IMG/VR virus record: IMGVR_UViG_3300042452_000337 | Location: 1 to 62,623 of that record | Source of the DNA: a virus | Taxonomy: Duplodnaviria > Caudoviricetes | DNA length: 62,623 nt | Strand: one strand, 5' to 3' | Shown: in pieces, positions 8,662-17,846 of the stretch | Position numbering within the stretch: the stretch's first letter is position 1 | How the letters are laid out: each line of letters opens with the position of its first letter | Translations under genes and position numbers: made by a program | Notes under the pieces: model-generated | The model's database searches: none | Told to the model about the DNA's origin: nothing | Seen by the model: only the letters and a program-made list of their open reading frames with translations

Positions 8662-8745
8662 TCGCCGGTGCGGAGTCTAGTTTCTGGGGAGGGGTGGTAA
8701 CGTACTGCCCCTCCCCTTTCCCTTCACTTGAGGAGTTGATCCATC

Positions 8746-9849
8746 ATGGCCCGTACCAATCTCGGCAATACCCCTGCGTTCCTTGCCTGTCAGGTGGTGC
8801 CCGTCCTTGTGCGTGGCGGCACCGGCGTCGGCAAGTCATCAACGTGGGAGGCCCTTGCCGCTGCACTCAAGCGGACATTCATCCCGCTGCTCGGTGCAAC
8901 CCACCTGCCCGAAGACTTCTCCGGCTACCCGACGCCAGACCACAAGGCACAGGTCACTCGCATGATGGCCTCGTCGTGGGTCGCCAAGACTCGTGACGGC
9001 AAGGCACTCGTGCATGTGGACGAGGTGACGAACGTCCCTCCTGCCACACAGGGTGGCCTGCTCTCCGTGATCTCGGAGCGGCGAGTCGGTGACGAGGTGA
9101 TGCCCGAGTCCACCATCGTGGTGGGTTCATGCAACCCGCCGGAACTGTGCCCAAATGCAGTGCCTCTGTCGCCTGCCATGCGGGCACGGTTCTTCCACCA
9201 CGACTGGGTTGTGGACTACGACCACTGGTTCGCTGGCCTGCGTGCTGGCTGCGAGTGGACGGCACCGGAGTTTCCCATTGTCCCGGATCACTGGCGTGAC
9301 TTCCTCCCTCAGTTCGGCTCGCTCGTGGAGGCGTTCCTCCGTGCGGCCCCCGACTGCCGGGAGAAGTTGCCGACCGATGACGAGACGATGAGTTTCCCCA
9401 ACTGCCGCACGTGGACGTACCTCGTCAAGTGCTTCGCCGCTGCGGAGGCGTGCGGGTACGAGCGTGAGCACGCCATCTACAAGGCACTCGCACTAGGCAA
9501 CGTGGGCGAGGGCGTCGGCGGTGAGTTCCTCCGCTACTGGCGGAACCTTGACCTCGCCAACCCGGAGGCGTTCCTCTCGGGCGAGGAGAAGTACGAGTAC
9601 GTGAAGCGGCCGGATGCCAACATCTGCCTGCTCACTGGTCTGGTCAAGGGGCTGCGTGATAACACCAGCGAGGAGCGTTGGGTCAACGCAGCGAAGGTGT
9701 TCATCACCATCGGGGAACAGGAGATCGAGTCGTTCCTCATGCAGTTCAAGTCCTTGTGGCGTCCGGTCAAGGACGGTGGCGTGCGGCCCGATGGCTGGAC
9801 TCCCCCGAAGGATGTGCTTGCGAAGATGATGGCTCTGGTTCAGTCGTGA
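8746..9849 (+). CDS. MoxR-like AAA+ ATPase
   Basis: Walker A GGTGVGKS, Walker B VHVDE, sensor CNP, MRARF. Confidence 0.85.
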   Translation: MARTNLGNTPAFLACQVVPVLVRGGTGVGKSSTWEALAAALKRTFIPLLGATHLPEDFSGYPTPDHKAQVTRMMASSWVAKTRDGKALVHVDEVTNVPPATQGGLLSVISERRVGDEVMPESTIVVGSCNPPELCPNAVPLSPAMRARFFHHDWVVDYDHWFAGLRAGCEWTAPEFPIVPDHWRDFLPQFGSLVEAFLRAAPDCREKLPTDDETMSFPNCRTWTYLVKCFAAAEACGYEREHAIYKALALGNVGEGVGGEFLRYWRNLDLANPEAFLSGEEKYEYVKRPDANICLLTGLVKGLRDNTSEERWVNAAKVFITIGEQEIESFLMQFKSLWRPVKDGGVRPDGWTPPKDVLAKMMALVQS

Positions 9850-9871
9850 TTCACACACACAGGAGATACCA

Positions 9872-10090
9872 ATGGGACGCATACTTCAATGGGAAACAGT
9901 CGTGATGAGCCGCGAGAGTGCGGAACATATTTGGAAATCGTTCGAGCCGACAGACCCACTGATCGCTTTCTATATCCGCAAAGACCTCGACACGCAGGAC
10001 GGCCACTTCGTGAACGTCGAACTTCCGTTGAGCGATGTGGCGAAGGTGAAAGAAGTTGTTCGTAAGTTGGCAGAAGGGAGGGCTGAGTGA
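9872..10090 (+). CDS. Hypothetical protein
   Basis: CAGGAG RBS. Confidence 0.7.
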   Translation: MGRILQWETVVMSRESAEHIWKSFEPTDPLIAFYIRKDLDTQDGHFVNVELPLSDVAKVKEVVRKLAEGRAE

Positions 10091-10314
10091 TGTGCGTGTG
10101 GTATGAGGTCGATCAAGGCGAAGAGCGATGCCTCCCCGACAAGGAGAGGCGTGTGCTTGTCGCACAGGATGATGGCTACATAGAGATGGCGTACTGGAAC
10201 GGTCAAGACTTTGAGTTTGACTGGCCGACACTGGCCGTCGCACCAGCACCTCGCGTGCGGTACTGGTGCGACCTGCCAGAGACACCTACGGAGGACGGCG
10301 AAGCGCCGTACTGA
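10090..10314 (+). CDS. Hypothetical protein (DUF551-like)
   Basis: LP...VLV...VRYWCDLP pattern. Confidence 0.6.
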   Translation: MCVWYEVDQGEERCLPDKERRVLVAQDDGYIEMAYWNGQDFEFDWPTLAVAPAPRVRYWCDLPETPTEDGEAPY

Positions 10315-10315
10315 C

Positions 10316-11719
10316 ATGACACCACGACAACTACTGGGCCAAGCACGGGTGCATACCTTCGAGTACGTGCCCTACCTTGCGTCCTACATCTACAGCCTGC
10401 GTGAGCAGGAGACACCGGGCATCGGCACGGCTGCGGTGGACGAGGCGGGCAACCTCTACTGGTGCCCGAAGTTCGTGTCGGAGATCGGCCGTGACCAGAC
10501 GGCGTACCTCGTGGCACACGAGGCACTGCATCTGGGGTACGACCACCACTCACGGGCGAGGGAGATCATCGGTGAACACGCCGACGAGTTCCATCGCTTC
10601 GTGTGCAACGTGGCGGGCGACCTCGTGATCGAGCAGACCCTTCACATGATGCGGCACCTGCGACCGGAGGGGTGCGTGCATCTAGGCTGCAAGATCGAGG
10701 CGTGGGGTATCACGCTGGACTTCCCCGAGAACAAGTCCATGCAGGAGTACTACCGGCTGATCCTTGAGAAACTCAAGGGCCAGCAATCACCCAAGCAGGA
10801 GCAAAGCAATGACGGCCAGCACGGCAATGACAATCAGAATCCCGGAGATGCGAACGCTGACAGCGATGGAGAAACTGAGGGCAGTCAGGGCGATGGCTCG
10901 CAGGTTCCGCCTCCAAGCGGAGCGGGACAGCCTCCGTCTGGGCAGGGCCAAGTACCACCACCGCCCGGTGCGCCGGGTACGGGTGGCTCGTGCGGCGACG
11001 GTCAGGCCCGTCCGTACGAGATAGAGAACGACGGCTCGTGGGAAACATGGGGCAGCGACATGGCCGCAGCCAAAGCGGAGGAGGCCATCGCTGAGTACGA
11101 GCAGCAGCACGGCAAGGGTTCGGTTCCCGGCAGCATCAAGCAGGCACTCGACTGCAAGTTGCGTCCGCAGCCAGACCCCTTTGACAAACTGCGGTCGGCT
11201 GTGTGTACGAGCGTGGCATCGCCGGTCGGCGGGCGGGACTTCTCGCACCGCCGCCGGTCACGCAAGCAGCCGCCGGGTGACGACGACCCGCTGCTGCATG
11301 GCCGCATCACAGTGCAGCCTCACGCCGTCGTGATCGTGGATACCTCCGGCTCGATGATGGACAAGGACACGCAAGCCCGTGCCCTGTCAGTAATCAGTCA
11401 GGGCATCCGCAAACTGTCCCGCGTCAAGGTGTTCTGTGCCGACACGCACGTGCGCTCACACGCTCTGGTCGCTACGACGAAGGCGTTCGAGTGGCACGGC
11501 GGTGGCGGCACCAGCATGGCACGTGCCATCGCGGAGGTGGATCGCACGGACAAGCCGGACTCCATCATCCTCGTCACCGATGCCATCACCGCCTGGCCCG
11601 CCAAGAAGCCACGTGCCCGCGTGGTCGTCGCGTACACGGGCGTGGTCGGCAGTACCTATCACAAGCGCATCCCATCGTGGTGCCGCACTGTTCCACTGGA
11701 AGGAGGAGCCAATGCCTGA
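10316..11719 (+). CDS. Metallopeptidase-like plus VWA domain protein (DUF2201-like), MoxR partner
   Basis: HEALH (HExxH), MIDAS DTSGSM, GGGGT, ILVTD. Confidence 0.85.
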   Translation: MTPRQLLGQARVHTFEYVPYLASYIYSLREQETPGIGTAAVDEAGNLYWCPKFVSEIGRDQTAYLVAHEALHLGYDHHSRAREIIGEHADEFHRFVCNVAGDLVIEQTLHMMRHLRPEGCVHLGCKIEAWGITLDFPENKSMQEYYRLILEKLKGQQSPKQEQSNDGQHGNDNQNPGDANADSDGETEGSQGDGSQVPPPSGAGQPPSGQGQVPPPPGAPGTGGSCGDGQARPYEIENDGSWETWGSDMAAAKAEEAIAEYEQQHGKGSVPGSIKQALDCKLRPQPDPFDKLRSAVCTSVASPVGGRDFSHRRRSRKQPPGDDDPLLHGRITVQPHAVVIVDTSGSMMDKDTQARALSVISQGIRKLSRVKVFCADTHVRSHALVATTKAFEWHGGGGTSMARAIAEVDRTDKPDSIILVTDAITAWPAKKPRARVVVAYTGVVGSTYHKRIPSWCRTVPLEGGANA

Positions 11720-12602
11720 GGTCAAGCGGCGGGTTCGTACTTACGAGCAACTGGATCGGATGCTGTGCAAGCGGCCGACACGAGGGAACTTCCTTGTGTC
11801 CACCAATGTGTACGGCAAGGTCAATGCGTCTGCGGACTTCACGAACTCCAGCCCGGAGATCGTGCTGAAGTACGTGGCACAGGGAGGCCACTACTTCTTC
11901 GAGGTCGCCCGTGTGTGGCGTGTGTCGGGCGGCGACACCGTGTACAGGGTGTCTGGGTGCAGGGCGGAGATACGCAAGGAGGCGGTCGGCCGGAAGCGTT
12001 ATCGCAAGTACGTCCAGCGGCTCACCCCTCGTGACATCACTGGCCGCACGCCACGTGAACACGACGTTCGGTGGTATCGGATACGGGATGGGGTGGCGAC
12101 GCAGATCGAGGGCCCGCCGAAAGGCAGGCCGTTCTGCTGGACGTCCTTGCCTCAGTGCATCACGCCCTCGCTCAAGGAGTGGCTTGCCTCGCACGGCACC
12201 CTGCCCAAGTTCGTAGCCCGCAGCAGGGCGTTCGCCATCAACCTGCGGAGGGGACTGGCGGACGGACTGCCGTGCCAAGTGCAGTTGCTTACGCACCGGC
12301 AGGCTCCGGCAGGCGGGCTCAGCAGCAAGACGAGTTCCCTGTGGCTACACGTTTGCACGCCACCGACGGGCACGAGCAACGGGCGGCGGCTTGTGATCGA
12401 GACGTTCACGCACTCCCGAGAGTCCCGCACCCACTTCCACGTGGACGGCGACTACGGGATGCGGCACTCGCAGTTCGCTGCCCTTGAGCCAAAGGGGCCG
12501 CACGGCTGGCGAGTGGTTGACCGATGGCCGTGTGCCCGCGACGCCATCGCTGGCATCAAAGAGTGGGTTCTTTCGACGGTCTACATTCCCGGCCCCATGT
12601 GA
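11712..12602 (+). CDS. Hypothetical protein
   Basis: GGAGGAG RBS before ATG 11712. Confidence 0.7.
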   Translation: MPEVKRRVRTYEQLDRMLCKRPTRGNFLVSTNVYGKVNASADFTNSSPEIVLKYVAQGGHYFFEVARVWRVSGGDTVYRVSGCRAEIRKEAVGRKRYRKYVQRLTPRDITGRTPREHDVRWYRIRDGVATQIEGPPKGRPFCWTSLPQCITPSLKEWLASHGTLPKFVARSRAFAINLRRGLADGLPCQVQLLTHRQAPAGGLSSKTSSLWLHVCTPPTGTSNGRRLVIETFTHSRESRTHFHVDGDYGMRHSQFAALEPKGPHGWRVVDRWPCARDAIAGIKEWVLSTVYIPGPM

Positions 12603-12613
12603 GGAGCACCATC

Positions 12614-12769
12614 ATGTTCACTTGGATCATTCGTATTGCACTGTTTTGTTTCATGGCGTGGACGATGAGCATTCCCGGAACGGAGTGCTATATCTCACCA
12701 GGCATCTGGTCGTGCATCATCCTCGCCTACTGGTTCTGCAATCACCCCATGCACACGAAGTGGAGGTAA
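12614..12769 (+). CDS. Small membrane protein
   Basis: GAGGAG RBS; two hydrophobic segments. Confidence 0.55.
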   Translation: MFTWIIRIALFCFMAWTMSIPGTECYISPGIWSCIILAYWFCNHPMHTKWR

Positions 12770-12771
12770 TC

Positions 12772-13512
12772 ATGCCAGTCGTTTATTGCTACGGTCGGGC
12801 CAGCACGAGCAGCCAGACCCTCACCGAAGACAATCAGCGTTCCGTGTGCGAGGAGTACGTGACTCGCTCGCTCGTGCCGGAGGGATACACCTATGGCGGG
12901 TGGCTGTACGACTCTGCCACCAGCGGCAGCAGGCCCATGTTCGAGCGGGAGGAGGGCCGCAAGTTGTGGGCCCTTGTCCAGCCGGGAGACAAGATCGTGT
13001 GGGCGAAGTTGGATCGGGCGTTCCGCTCCGTCCTCGACGCCGCCCAGACCATGATGCTCCTGTCGCAGAAGGGCGTGTCGTTCAACTCGCTGGACTTGGG
13101 CCTCGACACCAGCACGCCCATCGGCCGCTGTGTGTTCACCATCCTGACGGCGTTTGCCGAACTCGAACTAGAGTTTATCCGGCAACGCACGAGGGAGGGG
13201 CTGCGGGCCAAGCGGAAGTCCGGCAAGCCGCACGGCAGGCACGCCCCGATTGGCTGGCAGAAGATCGGCAAGAAGAAGGACTCGTACTACCTGCCCTGCC
13301 AGGAGGAGCGGGCTCAGGTCGCCACCATGCAGGCCATGCGGCGGGACGGGGCATCCCTCGAACGCATCACCCTCCACATGCACGGGGTTCGTCGGCCCAA
13401 TGGCAAGAGGTGGAACATCAACTCCATCACCCGTGCCCTCAGGGCGGCGGAGGCTCGCTTTCCAAAAGCCTTTGGAGAATCTCCAAAGCGGAGGCGAGCC
13501 GTCGCCGGATAG
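12772..13512 (+). CDS. Serine recombinase (resolvase/invertase family)
   Basis: YGRAST catalytic Ser motif, KLDRAFRS, AELELEFIRQRTREG. Confidence 0.9.
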   Translation: MPVVYCYGRASTSSQTLTEDNQRSVCEEYVTRSLVPEGYTYGGWLYDSATSGSRPMFEREEGRKLWALVQPGDKIVWAKLDRAFRSVLDAAQTMMLLSQKGVSFNSLDLGLDTSTPIGRCVFTILTAFAELELEFIRQRTREGLRAKRKSGKPHGRHAPIGWQKIGKKKDSYYLPCQEERAQVATMQAMRRDGASLERITLHMHGVRRPNGKRWNINSITRALRAAEARFPKAFGESPKRRRAVAG

Positions 13513-13957
13513 TGCGTGGGTCGCAGCCTGCTTGCTCGCCAATCTCCCGGAGAGACAGGCCCCGATAGAACCGGGCTTGGATCAACTTGCGGGACTTGGC
13601 GGGCAGGCGGGCGATGCACACGTGGAGCCTGCCTGTCAGCCCCTTCTGGGATGTGACCAGCACCTCCGCCAACTCCATCGGCACCCTGTCCGGTGAGTCG
13701 TAGCGGGCCCGGCGGTTCCGGTCGATCTCCTTGAGGATCGCATTGCGGATGGCGGTCGAGAAGTACGTCGTGACCTTCGACTGGGCAGGGTCGTACGTCA
13801 GGGCGGCACGGCAGATGGCAAGGTATGCCACGCTCGTGGAATCAATCGCCGCCACCTGCCTGCGAAGCGTGGGGTAGCGGCAGCGGAAGGCGGCCATCGC
13901 CTTCGGCACCACCGGCAGTGCGGATTCTACGAGCCTCTGCTGTTCGGGCGTGAGCAT
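13439..13957 (-). CDS. Sigma-70 family RNA polymerase sigma factor (regions 2 and 4)
   Basis: YDP...TTYFSTAIRNAILKEI; RFYRGLSLREIGEQAG...TIRRR HTH. Confidence 0.8.
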   Translation of the reverse strand: MLTPEQQRLVESALPVVPKAMAAFRCRYPTLRRQVAAIDSTSVAYLAICRAALTYDPAQSKVTTYFSTAIRNAILKEIDRNRRARYDSPDRVPMELAEVLVTSQKGLTGRLHVCIARLPAKSRKLIQARFYRGLSLREIGEQAGCDPRTIRRRLASALEILQRLLESEPPPP

Positions 13958-14041
13958 CCATGCGGCCAATCAACGGGACGTACCGTTTCATGGGAGCATG
14001 GACAGGAGGCTCTCGATAGTCTCTCCCTTCGCTCAAGAGCG

Positions 14042-14326
14042 TCACTGATCCATTCTTGGGCTTGGCTTTCTGAACGACTTCATGCTTTCGTTCGTAGCCT
14101 TTTCCGCTGCGGACTCGGTTTCGGCAAGAAACGATTCGGCTTCGCGGATTTCATACCAGCGGCATTCATGCCATTCCATGTCGGCAGACTTTGCGTCTAC
14201 GCCTGCCCGCTTGGGCGGCGGCTTGGGTATTCCGTTCTCCATGACATCTTTGAAATATCCCGTCATCCCTGCGAGCAGGGATCGCATACGAACTAGATCG
14301 TCGGCATCGTAGGTATCGGCAGCCAT
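14042..14326 (-). CDS. Hypothetical protein, moron-like
   Basis: AGGAGG RBS; AT-richer than neighbours; possible own promoter. Confidence 0.65.
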   Translation of the reverse strand: MAADTYDADDLVRMRSLLAGMTGYFKDVMENGIPKPPPKRAGVDAKSADMEWHECRWYEIREAESFLAETESAAEKATNESMKSFRKPSPRMDQ

Positions 14327-14411
14327 AGTGGTGTCCTCCTACCTACCTATACGCCGCAGGGGTCTAGTTTGGTAACCCCCGATTTTTCGTCCCTCTCTGC
14401 GGCGTGTAGTG

Positions 14412-14618
14412 TCAGTGTTCTAGCAGTTCGCTTGGGATCATCGTCCGAATATGCGCCGCCAGCCGCCCCTCATCCGGCGTTGTCTCGCCATGCTTCAGCA
14501 GCGTGCGGCAGTGCTGGTCGATCTGCCACAGCGTAGACAACGCCTCGCCGCCCAGCCGGGCGGCGTCGTACTCGCTCTGTTCGTCTGGCAGCGTGAATCG
14601 GAGGGTGACGGTCGGCAT
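14412..14618 (-). CDS. Hypothetical protein
   Basis: ORF with typical phage small-protein composition. Confidence 0.6.
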   Translation of the reverse strand: MPTVTLRFTLPDEQSEYDAARLGGEALSTLWQIDQHCRTLLKHGETTPDEGRLAAHIRTMIPSELLEH

Positions 14619-14865
14619 GGCTCACATTCTAACGCCTCGCATAGCGGGCGCAATGCCGTTTTCGTACCAAAAACGGTACACGGCTGGCGCAAGTTGGCCG
14701 GAAGTTTGGCCGTTACAAAACCCCTGCCGGACTCGTTGCAAAGCAGAGGTTGCGTAACAGGCTGGCCGGTTCGATGGCCGGTATCGCAGTTTGCGATTGC
14801 CGCACGACTCTGGTGCAAGAGCGTCATACCCAAATGGGTATAGCCGTCTCTAAAGGCGAAGAGCG

Positions 14866-15183
14866 TCACACCACCGGATCGGGCGGCAGCAACGCGATAG
14901 CCTCCGCAATCGGCACTACCTCCACCGCTGGCAACAGAATCGTTTTGTCCGCAGCCTCCCACATCTCATGTAGGTAGCCGCCGGGTTCCGTTGCGAGCAG
15001 AATGTCGGCCATGTGCATGAACCTCCCGTCTGTCAACTGGCGAGGAATCGCCGTGCAGTCGGGTCGGCCGTACTCGGCGTGCAGTTCCGCGAGGCGTTGG
15101 GCTAACTGCGCCGAAAACAGGAGGGCGTGCGCCCGCCCCCATTCGTCCGTGATCGGCATGGCAACATCCGCCAGCGTCATCAT
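14866..15183 (-). CDS. Hypothetical protein (possible fibre-associated)
   Basis: ATGA overlap with upstream fibre gene; GGAGG RBS. Confidence 0.7.
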   Translation of the reverse strand: MMTLADVAMPITDEWGRAHALLFSAQLAQRLAELHAEYGRPDCTAIPRQLTDGRFMHMADILLATEPGGYLHEMWEAADKTILLPAVEVVPIAEAIALLPPDPVV

Positions 15184-17537
15184 GTCCTCCCCAGTGCTGT
15201 CTGAAAGGTGGTCATGGCTGTGTTGTAGTCAGACACCTGTTGCGGCGTCATGCCCAGCCCGACGCTGTATCCTCGCATTCTGTGGCCGAAATGCCCGAAC
15301 GTGGAAGTGCCGTTCCAGCGGGCGAAGATGGACACGGGGTTAGTTGGCACTCCAGCGCCCGTCACGCTGACCGCCGTGCTGGCCTGTTCCGTGTTACCGT
15401 TATACAGTTTGAGGTCTGTACCGCTGACGCGGGACGCAACCCACAGCCCACCGGGTATCGTCGCGCCATTTGTGGCCGCGATGTTTTTGGTAGCCAGAGA
15501 AGTGCCACCGCTACCCAATATGGCCTGCGACTCCGTATTTCCAGAATAGGCGTTGTAGTTAAGCCAGAATCGCTCGTTGACGGCGGCGTTGATAATCGAC
15601 ACAGCAAACCAGTTATTATTGGCTGGATGGGAATACGCAGGGAAAACCGTACTCAGGTGCATACTGTTTACGGTAAGACCGGCGGTGTTGGCGTTGAGCC
15701 CCGTGTTCAGCCACTTGGACGAAGCCGTACTCCCCAGCAGGCCATTGTTCTCTGCGTAGTCGGTCTGCTGAAATGCGTTGTTCGCGTCGGTGGCATCGCC
15801 GTACTGCGTCCCGGTGCGCGACTGCCCGCGATAGAGTGGCGTCCGCACGGCGTTGAGCGAGGCGTCGGAGTTTCCGCAGAACAGGTTCAGCCGGTAGAAC
15901 CGATCCCGAATCACAGCGGCGTCGATGTCATTGCAGAACGTATTCACCGCAGCCGCAGTGCTGGTGCTGACGGTGCCGCCGTTGGCATAGACGCGGTTGA
16001 TCCAGTCTTGGGCGTCGGCGTTGGACGCGGTGGGGGCGAGGGTGATGCCCCACTTGGAGGCGAGGTAGCGTTCGACTCGCTGGCGGTCTGCGTCGGACAG
16101 GACGGACGGGTACGCGATCAACTCCGCGATGTTGCCGGTGAATGGGCTCGCCCCATTGGTAGACGAGCCGATGTTGCGCAACAGGTTGGCGAGGTTGTAT
16201 CCAGAAAACGCACCGCCCTCATCGTTGATAGTTCTCGCGCCGTTATAGTAGCCGCGAAGCAGCGTGGACGAGTTCTTTTCGGTACCATAGAGGACGGTCG
16301 CCCCTCCGTGAAGCGGATAGATCAGTTCAGTGCGGCCTGCGGGATACAAAGTGAGCCGATTACCGCCGGAGTTCTGGAAGTGCAACGCTATTGTGAAGTT
16401 GCCACCCCGCTCTCCCATTAAAACTCCGCTGCCCGAAGTAGCGTTCCGAACCACAGCCAGCAGCGTAAACAGTTGCGAGTCGTTGCCGGGAACGACGGCT
16501 CCGAGCCTCTGCGCCGATGCCCCAGCGAACGACACTGTGTTGCGAGAGTTGATCGAAGCCGTCGCCAGCGTCGGACGATTCGTCCCGCTGGCCTGCGTGG
16601 CGTGCCGCCCGTTCCCGCTCTTGTCGCCCCAGTATCCCACCGGATCGCTGGTTGCGGTGGCTGCGGCGTGGACTCCCGAGACACCCCACTTCGCGGCGAG
16701 GTAGGCTTCGACGCGGGCTCGGTTAGTGGTGGTGAGGGCGGAGTTGAAGGCGATGATCTCGGCAATCTCGCCGTTCCAGAAGCCGTAAGTCCCACCGGCT
16801 TGTGTGCCGACCGAGACGGAAGACGCCACATTCTCGCTGACGCCCGCCGCCATGTAGGTGGTGTCGGCGGCGTATGTTGCACCGTTGCGAATCCCTGCGA
16901 GCGACTGCGTTGTGTGGTTGACAACCGCCGACTGAATGAAAGTAGCACCAACGGACAGTTCACTTGCTGTCCCGGTAACGCTCTCCAGAGTGTCTGCACC
17001 AACGCGCCGACCGCCCATAAACGAGCGGCTATCAGTCTGCCCGGTGCGGAACAGCACAGTTGCCCCCACGCCAAACGCAAGACGCTCGCCAGCCGCGATG
17101 CTGGCCGTCCGCAGTACCGTGAAGACGGTGTAGCCTGCGAGGTTGCGGATAACATCTTGTGCAGCCGCGTTTCCGGTCAGCGTGTTAGTTGATCCGTTGA
17201 ACGTGACGGCACTGCGCGAGTTGATGACTGACGCCGTGAGCGTTGGCCGTGCGGTACTGGTAGCAGTGAAGTCTCGCCCGTTCCCGCTCTTGTCTCGCCA
17301 TGAGGAAACTGCCGTACCGTCCAGCGTCATGCTTGCCGCCGATGAGTCAGCCCCGTCCAGCCACAACGCACACCCCGTAATGTCTCTCGGGTCGGTCACC
17401 GCCGTCACCGGACCCGCGTCTGTGGTGTAGGTAGTGCTGGAGTCCGCACCGTCCAGCCACAGGGCGAGGCCGGAGATGGAGCGGGGGTTGAAGCCTGTCT
17501 GGCGGGGCCGTAACAGGCGGGGTGACATCGGGCACAT
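15180..17537 (-). CDS. Tail fibre/receptor-binding protein with LamG/concanavalin-like domains
   Basis: Repeated LWLDGADS, DKSGNGR, G.IAE.I and VE.YLA.KWG motifs. Confidence 0.75.
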   Translation of the reverse strand: MCPMSPRLLRPRQTGFNPRSISGLALWLDGADSSTTYTTDAGPVTAVTDPRDITGCALWLDGADSSAASMTLDGTAVSSWRDKSGNGRDFTATSTARPTLTASVINSRSAVTFNGSTNTLTGNAAAQDVIRNLAGYTVFTVLRTASIAAGERLAFGVGATVLFRTGQTDSRSFMGGRRVGADTLESVTGTASELSVGATFIQSAVVNHTTQSLAGIRNGATYAADTTYMAAGVSENVASSVSVGTQAGGTYGFWNGEIAEIIAFNSALTTTNRARVEAYLAAKWGVSGVHAAATATSDPVGYWGDKSGNGRHATQASGTNRPTLATASINSRNTVSFAGASAQRLGAVVPGNDSQLFTLLAVVRNATSGSGVLMGERGGNFTIALHFQNSGGNRLTLYPAGRTELIYPLHGGATVLYGTEKNSSTLLRGYYNGARTINDEGGAFSGYNLANLLRNIGSSTNGASPFTGNIAELIAYPSVLSDADRQRVERYLASKWGITLAPTASNADAQDWINRVYANGGTVSTSTAAAVNTFCNDIDAAVIRDRFYRLNLFCGNSDASLNAVRTPLYRGQSRTGTQYGDATDANNAFQQTDYAENNGLLGSTASSKWLNTGLNANTAGLTVNSMHLSTVFPAYSHPANNNWFAVSIINAAVNERFWLNYNAYSGNTESQAILGSGGTSLATKNIAATNGATIPGGLWVASRVSGTDLKLYNGNTEQASTAVSVTGAGVPTNPVSIFARWNGTSTFGHFGHRMRGYSVGLGMTPQQVSDYNTAMTTFQTALGRT

Positions 17538-17567
17538 ATGAATGTCGCTACTGCAGGTGATGTAAGG

Positions 17568-17846
17568 TCAGTTCTTCGGCTCGTCTTCCGGTTCGTACAC
17601 ACCCGTCGTGTACATCTTTTCCGGCCCGGCGCGCATGGCGTAGATCAGCCTCGTCTGCTCTTGGATAGCACGGGAGATGTCGTGCTGGGTGGCGGACATC
17701 TCCCGGAGGAATGACTTGTGTGCGTCCACCATTGGCAGCACGAGGTCGGTGCGGACGAACCACAGGATCGCCGTCGCCAGCACAAGTCCGAACCCGTACC
17801 GCTCCAGCATCCGAAGCGCCGCTTCGTAAACGTCCACGCTACTCAC
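17568..17846 (-). CDS. Holin-like membrane protein
   Basis: One TM segment (YGFGLVLATAILWFV) followed by a coiled coil; lysis-like context. Confidence 0.5.
   Translation of the reverse strand: MSSVDVYEAALRMLERYGFGLVLATAILWFVRTDLVLPMVDAHKSFLREMSATQHDISRAIQEQTRLIYAMRAGPEKMYTTGVYEPEDEPKN

Larger units (their letters stand above)
140..8679 (+). repeat. Dispersed co-oriented 15-bp repeat CCGCTGCGGAGTCTG, 12 copies
   Basis: Exact copies at 461, 658, 1202, 1528, 2558, 2708, 5560, 7248; 1-2 mismatch copies at 140, 2103, 6214, 8665. Confidence 0.95.

Noticed and set aside
140-8679. 15-bp repeats as a CRISPR array
   Set aside because: The repeats are too short, spacing ranges from about 150 to about 2900 nt, the intervals contain whole genes, and no cas genes were recognised.
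1261-9865. Recurrent ACAGGAGA before early genes as CsrA sites
   Set aside because: It cannot be distinguished from an ordinary strong Shine-Dalgarno context.
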